64,000 bases of DNA from Desulfatiglandales bacterium. Lineage in GTDB: Bacteria > Desulfobacterota > DSM-4660 > Desulfatiglandales > HGW-15. The DNA lies in NCBI GenBank assembly GCA_963667015.2, contig CAXXJJ010000004.1, positions 3,712,001-3,776,000 on the forward strand. Reading direction: 5' to 3'. The notes under the pieces are model-generated. The model worked only from the letters and a program-made list of their open reading frames with translations, had not been told where the DNA came from and ran no database searches. Of this stretch, positions 1-7,966 are shown in pieces; the stretch's first letter is position 1, and each line of letters opens with the position of its first letter. A program made the position numbers and the translations under genes.

Positions 1-1
1 C

Positions 2-1165
2 CAGACAAAGGATGAAATGGCAAGGGGGAATAATTTTGCCCAGACTTTTGGAAGACTTTCTATGCATCCGGTGTGGGGAATCCCCATCCTTCTGATGATC
101 CTCTACCTTACATATAAAATAGTAGGAGAATTCGGGGCAGGGACCTGCGTTGACTTTCTGGAAAGTGTCGTCTTTGGCGAGTATGTAAATCCTTTTTTAG
201 CAAAGATAGTTAACTCAATAACCGACAGTCAGTTTATTAGGGAGTTTCTCATAGGTGAGTACGGCCTTTTCACCATGGCCTTTACTTATGCCATTGCGAT
301 CGTTCTCCCCATTGTAGGGTTCTTTTTCCTTATCTTCGGGCTTATGGAAGACTCCGGCTATATGCCGAGGCTTGCCATAATGGTTAACAGGATCTTTAAA
401 ACGATCGGCCTTAACGGAACAGCGATTCTGCCCATGATACTCGGGCTTGGCTGTGCAACAATGGCAACCCTTACAGCAAGGATTCTGCCCAGCAAAAAAG
501 AACGGGTGATAGTTACACTGTTGCTGGCACTCGCGATTCCATGCTCGGCCCAGCTTGGAGTGATTTTTGGCGGAACATCCACAATATCACCCTGGGCCAC
601 TGTAATCTGGGCGGCTGTTATAATCTTCGTCATCTTTGTTGTTGGTTTTGTATCATCTATTGTAATCCCGGGTAATAAATCCGATTTTATACTTGAAACA
701 CCGCCCATCAGGATGCCAAAGGTTTCAAATATTGTTATTAAAACCTTTGCACGGCTCGAATGGTATCTGAAAGAGGCGGTTCCCCTTTTCATGCTCGGCA
801 CAATAATACTTTTTACACTTGAGAAACTTGGCGCACTGACCATGATTCAAAACGCGGCAGCCCCCCTGGTGGTTAACCTGCTCGGTCTGCCCAAGGAGGT
901 AGCCGGGGCCTTTGTAATGGGATTTTTAAGGAGGGATTACGCGGCAGTTCTTATTGTCAAGGAAGCCAATCTGGATCCTGTTCAAATGCTTGTAGCCCTT
1001 GTAACCATCACCCTGTTTGTACCCTGTATCGCAAACATGTTTATAATGATAAAGGAGCGGGGAATAAAAACCGCTGCAGCAATAGTATCCTTTATTTTTG
1101 TTTTTGCTTTTCTTTTCGGCGGACTCTTTAATTTTTTACTGCATGCTTTAAGGATCAGCCTATGA
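2..1165 (+). CDS. feoB: Ferrous iron transporter FeoB, C-terminal membrane part (5' end lies outside the window)
   Basis: Polytopic membrane protein with FeoB gate motifs (MEDSGYMPRLA, LGLGC, IPCSAQ, FILETPP, LFVPC); frame is open from base 2. Confidence 0.93.
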   Translation, partial: QTKDEMARGNNFAQTFGRLSMHPVWGIPILLMILYLTYKIVGEFGAGTCVDFLESVVFGEYVNPFLAKIVNSITDSQFIREFLIGEYGLFTMAFTYAIAIVLPIVGFFFLIFGLMEDSGYMPRLAIMVNRIFKTIGLNGTAILPMILGLGCATMATLTARILPSKKERVIVTLLLALAIPCSAQLGVIFGGTSTISPWATVIWAAVIIFVIFVVGFVSSIVIPGNKSDFILETPPIRMPKVSNIVIKTFARLEWYLKEAVPLFMLGTIILFTLEKLGALTMIQNAAAPLVVNLLGLPKEVAGAFVMGFLRRDYAAVLIVKEANLDPVQMLVALVTITLFVPCIANMFIMIKERGIKTAAAIVSFIFVFAFLFGGLFNFLLHALRISL

Positions 1166-1347
1166 AATGCGCCCTTTGCGGATATGAGTTTTCTCCTGAG
1201 GAGGCAGAATGTGAAGGATGTGCCATTAATAAAAGCTGCAAGACAATCTGCTGCCCGCATTGCGGATACAGGACAGTGGAAAAATCCGGCATACTGAACT
1301 GGATAAAAAAGGTAACAGGAGGAAAGAAAAATGTTACTGACAAATGA
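1162..1347 (+). CDS. Small Cys-rich metal-binding protein in feo operon
   Basis: 61 aa with CxxC, CxxC, C, CCPxC; start overlaps the feoB stop (ATGA) and the end overlaps the next gene. Confidence 0.75.
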   Translation: MKCALCGYEFSPEEAECEGCAINKSCKTICCPHCGYRTVEKSGILNWIKKVTGGKKNVTDK

Positions 1348-1993
1348 AGATATAGACGAGATCCTTGAATCCATATGGTGCGGAAAGGAAATAGGTTCTG
1401 TAAAGCGAAAAGACCTTCTCAATATTGAAACGCCAAAGGTAACAGATGAAATTATCGAGCAGTTAGTTGATGATGACTATATATTTGAGGTCCGGGACGA
1501 GATAAACCTTACCCAGAAGGGTGAAGAAATCGCCAGAAAACTGATAAGGGCGCACAGGCTTGCCGAAAGACTTTTTACAGATGTCATGGTAATAGGGGAT
1601 GAACCAATGGAAGAAACAGCCTGCAGCCTCGAACACTGTCTGAGCCATGAGGCCCTTGATGCTATATGTACGCTGCTCGGACATCCCCGTGAATGTCCCC
1701 ATGGCCGCCATATACCCCAGGGTGCCTGCTGTAAAAAGGCAGAGCATAATATTCAGCCTGTTATAGTGCCCCTCAACAAACTCAAGTCGGGCCAGTCAGG
1801 CAGAATTGTATATGTCTCTACAAAGCATCATGCCCGGCTTGACAGGTTGACAGACCTGGGAATCACTCCAGGCCAGGTGGTAAAGGTTCACCAGACATTT
1901 CCGGCCTTTGTGCTTAAGGTTGGAGAAACAGATATAGCAATCGATAAGGATGTATTAGATGATGTTTATGTCCGAAAAAATAATGGGAGATAA
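1331..1993 (+). CDS. DtxR/MntR-family metal-dependent regulator with C-terminal FeoA domain
   Basis: HRLAERLF, ACSLEH and CPHG motifs; C-terminal LTDLGITPG FeoA-like SH3 domain. Confidence 0.9.
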   Translation: MLLTNEDIDEILESIWCGKEIGSVKRKDLLNIETPKVTDEIIEQLVDDDYIFEVRDEINLTQKGEEIARKLIRAHRLAERLFTDVMVIGDEPMEETACSLEHCLSHEALDAICTLLGHPRECPHGRHIPQGACCKKAEHNIQPVIVPLNKLKSGQSGRIVYVSTKHHARLDRLTDLGITPGQVVKVHQTFPAFVLKVGETDIAIDKDVLDDVYVRKNNGR

Positions 1994-2063
1994 TACCGGG
2001 ATTATCGATTAAACAGGGCCCCCCGGAACTGATCATTAAATTTAAAATCAAAGAGGAGTATTT

Positions 2064-2531
2064 ATGGAGAGGATTCCCTTTACAAAGGAAGGCCTTGAGA
2101 GGATTAAGGCTGAGCTTGCTCATATTAAAAAGGTTGAGCGACCCGAGAACATTCGTGCCATCGAAGAAGCGCGGGCACATGGAGACCTCAGCGAAAATGC
2201 AGAATACCACGCCGCAAAGGAAAAGCAATCCTTTCTCGAGGGTAAGATCAATGAACTGGGAATGGTCATTGGCCAGGCTGAGGTGATAGACTTTGAAAAC
2301 GGCCCTACAGACAGAGTAGTTTTCGGCCGTACTGTTCGCCTCTACAACATGGAAACAGAAGAAGAGGTAAGCTATCAGCTCCTTGGACCATATGAATCAG
2401 CACCAGAAAAAGGCATTATCTCTGTAAAATCCCCAATTGGAATGGCACTCCTTGGCAGCGAGGTAGGGGATGAAGTAAGGTTTAATGCACCTGGAGGTGT
2501 TCAGGAATTTGAGGTTATTGAGATATCGTAA
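2064..2531 (+). CDS. greA: Transcription elongation factor GreA
   Basis: ARAHGDLSENAEYHAAKE and ISVKSPIG signatures; RBS GAGGAG. Confidence 0.97.
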   Translation: MERIPFTKEGLERIKAELAHIKKVERPENIRAIEEARAHGDLSENAEYHAAKEKQSFLEGKINELGMVIGQAEVIDFENGPTDRVVFGRTVRLYNMETEEEVSYQLLGPYESAPEKGIISVKSPIGMALLGSEVGDEVRFNAPGGVQEFEVIEIS

Positions 2532-2570
2532 TCCGCAGGTTAAAGGCTTACACTCCATCATTATTTAACC

Positions 2571-3047
2571 ATGACATACAGAATATTTTTACACGGACTT
2601 GACAGCAGCAGCCAGGGAACAAAGGGCAGATATTTTAAAGAAAAGTTTCCTGGCATGCTTGTGCCCGATTTTTCCGGCAGTCTTTCCGCCAGAATGGAAA
2701 AGCTGAATGATATTATCTCTGAAAAAACAGATATAAAACTGGTAGGATCAAGCTTCGGTGGGCTTATGGCCTCTATTTTTACACTTGAAAACAGTTCAAG
2801 GGTAGCAAGCCTTACGCTTCTGGCGCCGGCAATAAACATTAATGAATTCAATGATTACAGAGGGCTGTCCACGGAAGTGTCAACAACAGTCTACCATGGA
2901 ACAGAAGACAGTATAATTCCCATCGATCCGGTTTATGAACAGGCCCAAAAATGTTTTAAAAACCTTACCTTCCACAGGGTTGAGGATGACCACATGCTGC
3001 ATAAAACATTCAAGATAATAGACTGGTATGAATTGTTGAATGGGTAA
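2571..3047 (+). CDS. YqiA-like alpha/beta hydrolase (esterase)
   Basis: FLHG, GSSFGG nucleophile elbow, HGTED, DDH. Confidence 0.88.
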   Translation: MTYRIFLHGLDSSSQGTKGRYFKEKFPGMLVPDFSGSLSARMEKLNDIISEKTDIKLVGSSFGGLMASIFTLENSSRVASLTLLAPAININEFNDYRGLSTEVSTTVYHGTEDSIIPIDPVYEQAQKCFKNLTFHRVEDDHMLHKTFKIIDWYELLNG

Positions 3048-3049
3048 AA

Positions 3050-3158
3050 TCAGATGGATTCTGATTTCATTTCTTCTATGAACTCTGAAGGAGTTAAGAT
3101 CTTAATATCCATATAATTTTTTAAAGACAGTAAATACTGATCTCTGTTAACAACTCAT
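3050..3158 (-). pseudogene. Remnant of PIN-domain toxin (C-terminal ~33 codons)
   Basis: Directly after the Phd stop; reads VNRDQYLLSLKNYMDIKILTPSEFIEEMKSESI*, resembling the C-terminal xxxDxxLLxLxxxxxIxIxTPxEF pattern of PIN toxins; the adjacent ATG is out of frame. Confidence 0.65.
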
Positions 3159-3458
3159 CTATTCAGACCTGACCGCAAAGATTGCTTCGGCAATCAATGA
3201 ATTAGTACTTGCAGGATCAGGGCCCTGCATTTTGTTTTTAATAATATTTGCAGCAGTACGCGCCTCCTCTCTGCTCTGGCGCATAATCTCATACTTTTCC
3301 ATGGAGACTATTACGGCCATTGCCTTGCCGGCACGCTCAATTATAAAGTCATCACCTCTATAGGCGGCTTCATTCAACACCTGACCAAAATTTTTTCTTG
3401 CATCCATTGCGGAAATTTTCTTTTGCATTTTATTGTTCCTCTTTTCTCTCTTAACCAT
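3159..3458 (-). CDS. Phd/YefM-family antitoxin
   Basis: ISAMDARKNFGQVLNEA...IIERAGKAMAVIVSMEKYE; start could be the internal Met of MQKKISA. Confidence 0.88.
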   Translation of the reverse strand: MVKREKRNNKMQKKISAMDARKNFGQVLNEAAYRGDDFIIERAGKAMAVIVSMEKYEIMRQSREEARTAANIIKNKMQGPDPASTNSLIAEAIFAVRSE

Positions 3459-3524
3459 ATTAATTATATCAATTGATATGATTTCATCAATTGAAAGATA
3501 TTTGTCAATCTGAACAAAATAATT

Positions 3525-3707
3525 TTACATATCCCCGGCGGAAATAGAAACCCAACTATCCGGAAATTCCGGATAGTTTAAAAGATGGAAAAAATGGGAA
3601 TAGATGAGGCATTTAACATCATGAATATTGATCTTTTGATTTACATAGAATTGCAGCGCCCACATTAACTGATAAAAAAGCTCGGTATCCTGCTTTGAAA
3701 GTTTCAT
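3525..3707 (-). pseudogene. Probable N-terminal fragment of a hypothetical protein
   Basis: RBS GAGG and a protein-like first ~30 aa (MKLSKQDTELFYQLMWALQFYVNQK), then low-quality sequence. Confidence 0.4.
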
Positions 3708-3817
3708 TAATTTAGCCTCTTGTTATGTTGAATGACTTAAGGTTGATTTCAGGCTCATATTTACCAGTTCTATATTTTTGATACCAGTTATTTTTACTTT
3801 AGTATTCATGCTATTTC

Positions 3818-4711
3818 GTGCCGACTTCTGACCTCGTCTTTTATGGGAAACTCCTGAATGAGATAAAAGACAGAGTTCGACAGGCGCAAACCCGTGCTGC
3901 ACTTTCGGCCAATGCAGAAATTCGGTTAAAAAAAGTGCCGAGGCCTGTGGCACAATTACCTGATAAAAGCGCCTTGCCAAATTTGCAGCAGCTTGTTGCA
4001 AAAATTCCCTGGGGCCATAACATCCTGCTTATGGAGAAGGTCAAAGACCTTTCGGTTAGATACTGGTATATTCAGCAGACAATAGAACATGGCTGGATCA
4101 GGGATACTCTTGCAGCCATGATCAAGAGTAAGGCCCACGAAAGACAGGGCACTGCTGTAAACAATTTTGAAACACGTCTTCCATCCCCGCAATCAGAACT
4201 TGCAACACAGCTAATGAAGGACCCATATATATTTGTTTTTTTGACGATTGAGGAACCATTTCATGAAAGAGAACTGGAAACAGGTCTAAAACATCTTGAA
4301 AGATTTCTGCTGGAGCTTGGGGCTGGTTTTGCCTTTGTAGGCCGTCAGTATCACATAGAGATAAGTGAAAAGGATTTCTATATTGATCTACTTTTCTATC
4401 AGCTCAAACTCCGCTGCTTTATAGTTATTGAACTGAAAAAAGGAGATTTTAAGCCTGAGTATGCCGGAAAAATGAATTTTTATTGCTCTGCTGTTGATGA
4501 CCTGATCAGGAATGAAAACGATCAGCCCACCATAGGTCTTATTCTCTGCCAGACAAAGGATCGTATCCTGGCTGAGTATACCCTGCGTGACATCAACAAA
4601 CCAATAGGTATTTCAGAGTATGAGTTAACACGATCCTTACCGGACAATCTTAAGTCCAGCTTACCTACAGTGGAGGAGATTGAAGCTGAGTTGGAAGGGG
4701 AGTTTGAATAA
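3818..4711 (+). CDS. DUF1016/YhcG PD-(D/E)XK nuclease-domain protein, apparently with an internal deletion
   Basis: IPWGHN, KDPYIF, FLLELGAGFAFVGRQ, YIDLLFY, IELK, GKMNFY, PIGISEY motifs; the usual YWxIG...GFS segment after AALSANAE is missing. Confidence 0.88.
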   Translation: MPTSDLVFYGKLLNEIKDRVRQAQTRAALSANAEIRLKKVPRPVAQLPDKSALPNLQQLVAKIPWGHNILLMEKVKDLSVRYWYIQQTIEHGWIRDTLAAMIKSKAHERQGTAVNNFETRLPSPQSELATQLMKDPYIFVFLTIEEPFHERELETGLKHLERFLLELGAGFAFVGRQYHIEISEKDFYIDLLFYQLKLRCFIVIELKKGDFKPEYAGKMNFYCSAVDDLIRNENDQPTIGLILCQTKDRILAEYTLRDINKPIGISEYELTRSLPDNLKSSLPTVEEIEAELEGEFE

Positions 4712-4758
4712 ATACGCGACTGACCTCCGACATCAGATCTCTGGTCTCTGAAAGTTTC

Positions 4759-4795
4759 TTGCCCAACCAATAATTTTCTGCTAAAAACAAATCAT
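4759..4795 (+). repeat. 37-bp imperfect direct repeat, copy 1 (copy 2 at 6786-6822)
   Basis: TTGCCCAACCAATAATTTTCTGCTAAAAACAAATCAT vs TTGCCCTATTAATAAATTTCTGCTAAAAACAAATCAT, 33/37 identical. Confidence 0.85.
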
Positions 4796-4984
4796 TCCTA
4801 AAACAAATTATTTTCCTTAATTTTAATATAAAATTAACAAATCCTGAACGCAGACTGGGATACTCTTAATCAGATCAGGAGAGAAGTAGCCCTCACACCC
4901 GCCCCTGTCATTGTCCGGGGCTTGTCTGCCCCCGGCGTAGTTTTCAGAGACTGGGGAAATCTTTTTCCCTTAATTCATATTTTT

Positions 4985-5024
4985 TAATGAGGCCATCGTA
5001 TAATCGCGACGCTGGCCTCATTAA
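4985..5024. terminator. Inverted repeat just downstream of the mini GIY-YIG gene
   Basis: TTAATGAGGCCA...TGGCCTCATTAA arms; no clear U-tract on the coding strand. Confidence 0.45.
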
Positions 5025-5032
5025 TCTAACAA

Positions 5033-5230
5033 TTAAGTGAAGCCCTTATCCTTTTCCCAATCTCTGGCAGCCTCCTCTGTTGTTCGGCGACCTACCTGTT
5101 TGATATGACCTTTAGGCCATTTTTGATGGTGTTCCATTTCTCTTCGTTCTAGATCATTGGTAATTCCACCATGGACAATTTTGTTTCCAATTTTAAAATG
5201 ATATTTATAAGTATCTCTTTGTTTTACCAT
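5033..5230 (-). CDS. Minimal GIY-YIG-like protein (65 aa)
   Basis: YKY...IVHGGITNDLERREMEH...AARDWE matches the GIY-YIG core pattern; RBS AGGAG. Confidence 0.72.
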   Translation of the reverse strand: MVKQRDTYKYHFKIGNKIVHGGITNDLERREMEHHQKWPKGHIKQVGRRTTEEAARDWEKDKGFT

Positions 5231-5317
5231 AAGGTGCTCCTGTCATATTTAAATTGTTTAAATTTCTATAAGGAATGACCAAATGACCATTCCTTAAACG
5301 TTGCAGCCTAATCAGTT

Positions 5318-5446
5318 TCAGGAATCAACCCAAAGTGGAAAAGGCCGGTGATGTGCCCGAATAATCTGACCAGTTTTTGGATGTTTATAAGACCATCTAA
5401 AAATCAGGCGTTTATTCGGGTGTTTAGAATGAGGATATTTTCTCAT
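5318..5446 (-). CDS. 42-aa basic peptide MRKYPHSKHPNKRLIFRWSYKHPKTGQIIRAHHRPFPLWVDS (not in the ORF track)
   Basis: Strong RBS GGAGGTG a few nt before ATG; co-oriented between immA-like and mini GIY-YIG genes. Confidence 0.7.
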   Translation of the reverse strand: MRKYPHSKHPNKRLIFRWSYKHPKTGQIIRAHHRPFPLWVDS

Positions 5447-5594
5447 TTACACCTCCATAAAAAGGCCTCTTGACAGGAGCATGCAAAGGTGATTAAAATC
5501 TATTTACTAACTTTGATGGCCTCGTGCCAAGTCCCTGACCCGGCCCTAAGGTTGGGATTTCAGGGAAAATAAAAACCCTTATGATGCGCACACA

Positions 5595-6194
5595 TCAAAA
5601 GGGTTTTATTTTTAACGTTCTTAATCTCACATCAATAAACGCAGGGTTAAGGTCAAAACATTCCGCCATATCTTCCAAAGAATATCCTTTAGAATGATAC
5701 TTCATTATTAAGCTTCGTGGCATCAGGCAGGCTCTAGCAAATTCCCAGGCCTGCCACTCAGGATCTCTGTAAGCAGGGATTTCAGTCCTTTCTGCCCTAT
5801 ACAATCTTTCATCGCCTCGTGATGATAAAGATTTAAATATATTTAATATGGCTACATGCTGAAGGCAGTGGCCACTTTCGTGAGCGATTGTGGCCCTGCA
5901 CCTCCTTAACGTTGGATTATCGTCTGCATCAATAAGTGTTTTGTCCACCAAGCTTATTTTTTCCGAAGCATCAGTATAGCCGAGTATGTTATTACCCAAA
6001 CGGCTTAGATCTGTATACCCTGTTTTAATTCCCAAACTATCCGGAATGTAAAATTCAAATATTTCCTCAATGTCGACGGGGCATTTGCCCTGCAATGCTT
6101 CTTGTTGTCCAATTTGCTGAAGTAATAACACTGCTGCATACTCAATATCGTTTCTACTCAGGCCAGGTACTACAGGGACTCTCATTGGCCTCAC
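5595..6194 (-). CDS. ImmA/IrrE-family zinc metallopeptidase
   Basis: R.RATIAHESGH (HExxH) and EWQAWEFARACLMP; start overlaps the HTH stop. Confidence 0.92.
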   Translation of the reverse strand: MRPMRVPVVPGLSRNDIEYAAVLLLQQIGQQEALQGKCPVDIEEIFEFYIPDSLGIKTGYTDLSRLGNNILGYTDASEKISLVDKTLIDADDNPTLRRCRATIAHESGHCLQHVAILNIFKSLSSRGDERLYRAERTEIPAYRDPEWQAWEFARACLMPRSLIMKYHSKGYSLEDMAECFDLNPAFIDVRLRTLKIKPF

Positions 6195-6562
6195 CCTCCT
6201 CTTTTCTTTAAAATTTCAAGGGCTTTTTCAAATGCCTCCTGAAGATCCTCTTCATTTGCATCTTCACTTTCACGATAGAGCCCCCATGCCAACTCTTGGT
6301 TTGCGTTAAAAATTCTTTCAAAAAACTTTGGAGCTTTTTTTGCTCTCTCCATTCTGGCTGCTTCAATCATATCTTCTTCATCTATGTTTAATACCAATGC
6401 TATATCACGAATTGTTTCCTCATTTTTCGGCGGAAGCCGATTTCCCATCTCCATTTCTGATAAAAAACTAGGTGAAAGGCCTACCAGCTTCCCTAGCTTT
6501 CGCAAGGTGATTTTTTTCTCTTCCCTTGCTCTAGCCAGTAATCCTCCGAATTTGCTAGGCAT
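6191..6562 (-). CDS. XRE-family helix-turn-helix regulator
   Basis: FGGLLARAREEKKITLRKLGKLVGLSPSFLSEMEMGNRLPP; RBS AGGAGG. Confidence 0.92.
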   Translation of the reverse strand: MPSKFGGLLARAREEKKITLRKLGKLVGLSPSFLSEMEMGNRLPPKNEETIRDIALVLNIDEEDMIEAARMERAKKAPKFFERIFNANQELAWGLYRESEDANEEDLQEAFEKALEILKKRGG

Positions 6563-6603
6563 AATTTCCTCCTTCTAGTTAAGGGTTATTTGTTTTATAA
6601 AAC

Positions 6604-6665
6604 TGTGAACAAGATAATCGTTAATATATATTATGTCAAGAGTGTATTCACATAATTTGTGAACA
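6604..6665 (-). promoter_or_regulatory. Sigma-70 promoter of the HTH-immA operon with probable TGTGAA(C)/TTCACA operator half-sites
   Basis: Minus strand TTGACA (6639-6634), 17-nt spacer, TATCTT (6616-6611); TGTGAAC at 6604 and 6658 and TTCACA at 6647 flank it. Confidence 0.65.
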
Positions 6666-6785
6666 AATATAACTTTTTTTATTTCTTAGGTCCCCCAAAA
6701 ATGTAAAAATCCAGGAAACGTTACAATGTTCTGAATTTTTAACTTTTAACCAACTTCTTCCTTCACAGTTTAAAAAGTAAATTCA

Positions 6786-6822
6786 TTGCCCTATTAATAA
6801 ATTTCTGCTAAAAACAAATCAT
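6786..6822 (+). repeat. 37-bp imperfect direct repeat, copy 2
   Basis: Matches 4759-4795 at 33/37 positions. Confidence 0.85.
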
Positions 6823-6986
6823 CAAAAATTTAAGCAATCCCAATTAGTTAAACATTCTATAGACAAAATTTTTAAAAATCGGCCACAAAAAGATTGATCA
6901 TCGGCCGGACTTTAAGTTGATTTATACTTCGGATAATCTTTTTCTATTGTTGTCATTTTGAATAAAAAATGCCTAAGAAAATAAAA

Positions 6987-7103
6987 ATGGAAAAAAGCAT
7001 GAATGAGCTTGTTCAGAATATTGGTGAAATAGCTGAAAAGATGAAAGATCCTGCCCAACAGGCAGTGAAACTGAAAATCCGGGGTCTGCCCTTGACATGC
7101 TGA
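6987..7103 (+). pseudogene. N-terminal fragment of a hypothetical protein cut at the GGGGTC repeat
   Basis: MEKSMNELVQNIGEIAEKMKDPAQQAVK then runs into repeat-derived sequence at 7072. Confidence 0.45.
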
Positions 7104-7128
7104 AAATCCGGGGTCTGCCCCTGACATG
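7072..7128 (+). repeat. Tandem pair of TGAAAATCCGGGGTCTGCCC(T/C)TGACAT repeats (pair 1)
   Basis: Copies at 7072-7099 and 7101-7128. Confidence 0.92.
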
Positions 7129-7218
7129 TGACAGATTCAGGGCTGTTCCGTAACAAGGATGAGTTTAACAAGATAATTGAAGTGGTAATAAAAACGAGAA
7201 AAAATAATCATTAATAAA

Positions 7219-7671
7219 ATGCAAACATCTATAACACAAATAAAAGTAGTAATTAGTTGCCCTTCTGACGTCGAAAAAGAAAAGGAAATTATACTAAGGA
7301 TATGTGATAACCTTTCTACTCACATATATAATAAAAAAAATATTCATATAAAAGCAATACACTGGCGTAAAGATGTAATGCGAAGGATTGATGACAAAGG
7401 AAGCCAGAAAATAATTGATGAATTTTTCCAACAGGAGGATTATGACATCTACATCGGGATACTGTGGTCAAGATTTGGAGATCCGCAAAAAAACGGACTG
7501 ACACCAACAGAAGGAGAATTTGAAGATGCTCTAAAAAAATACAAAGAAACAGGCAGACCATTAATAAAATTCTTTTTTAAGGATAGTGAAAATCCGGGGT
7601 CGGCCCTTGACATTGTAGTGAAAATCCGGGGTCGGCCCTTGACATTGGACAAATTCAGGACTGTTCAGTAA
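7219..7671 (+). pseudogene. DUF4062-family protein, truncated at the repeat at 7587
   Basis: IKVVISCPSDV, DIYIGILWSRFG, TEGEFEDA; the last ~27 aa are translated repeat DNA. Confidence 0.78.
7587..7646 (+). repeat. Tandem pair of TGAAAATCCGGGGTCGGCCCTTGACATT repeats (pair 2)
   Basis: Copies at 7587-7614 and 7619-7646. Confidence 0.92.
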
Positions 7672-7966
7672 CAAGGATGTTTTTAAAAAGATAATTGAAG
7701 TGGTAATAAAAAACGAGGAAAAATAATCAGATGCCTGCCACCCGACTTAAGATATTCATAAGCAGTATACAGAACGGGTTTACTGATATCAGGCGTGATC
7801 TTAAGGCATCGAATCTGATGCCTTTAAAAATGAGTCCGGGTCAAACAGTTTTACTTTTACACCTCAAAAATTGGTGATGTGGGAATAATATTTACCGGGA
7901 TAATATTGAGTGGATATTCCAGCTCATAAACCGGTATATGAAGGTGCGTACAATATGAAAGAAAAG
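7619..7966 (+). repeat. ~350-bp leader duplicated at 13015-13362 (partial copies at 7101-7210 and ~14982-15080)
   Basis: Near-identical sequence from the repeat through AAGGTGCGTACAATATGAAAGAAAA. Confidence 0.92.

Noticed and set aside
6912..7127. 71-aa minus-strand ORF
   Set aside because: Begins in the repeat pair and is antisense to a better-supported gene fragment.
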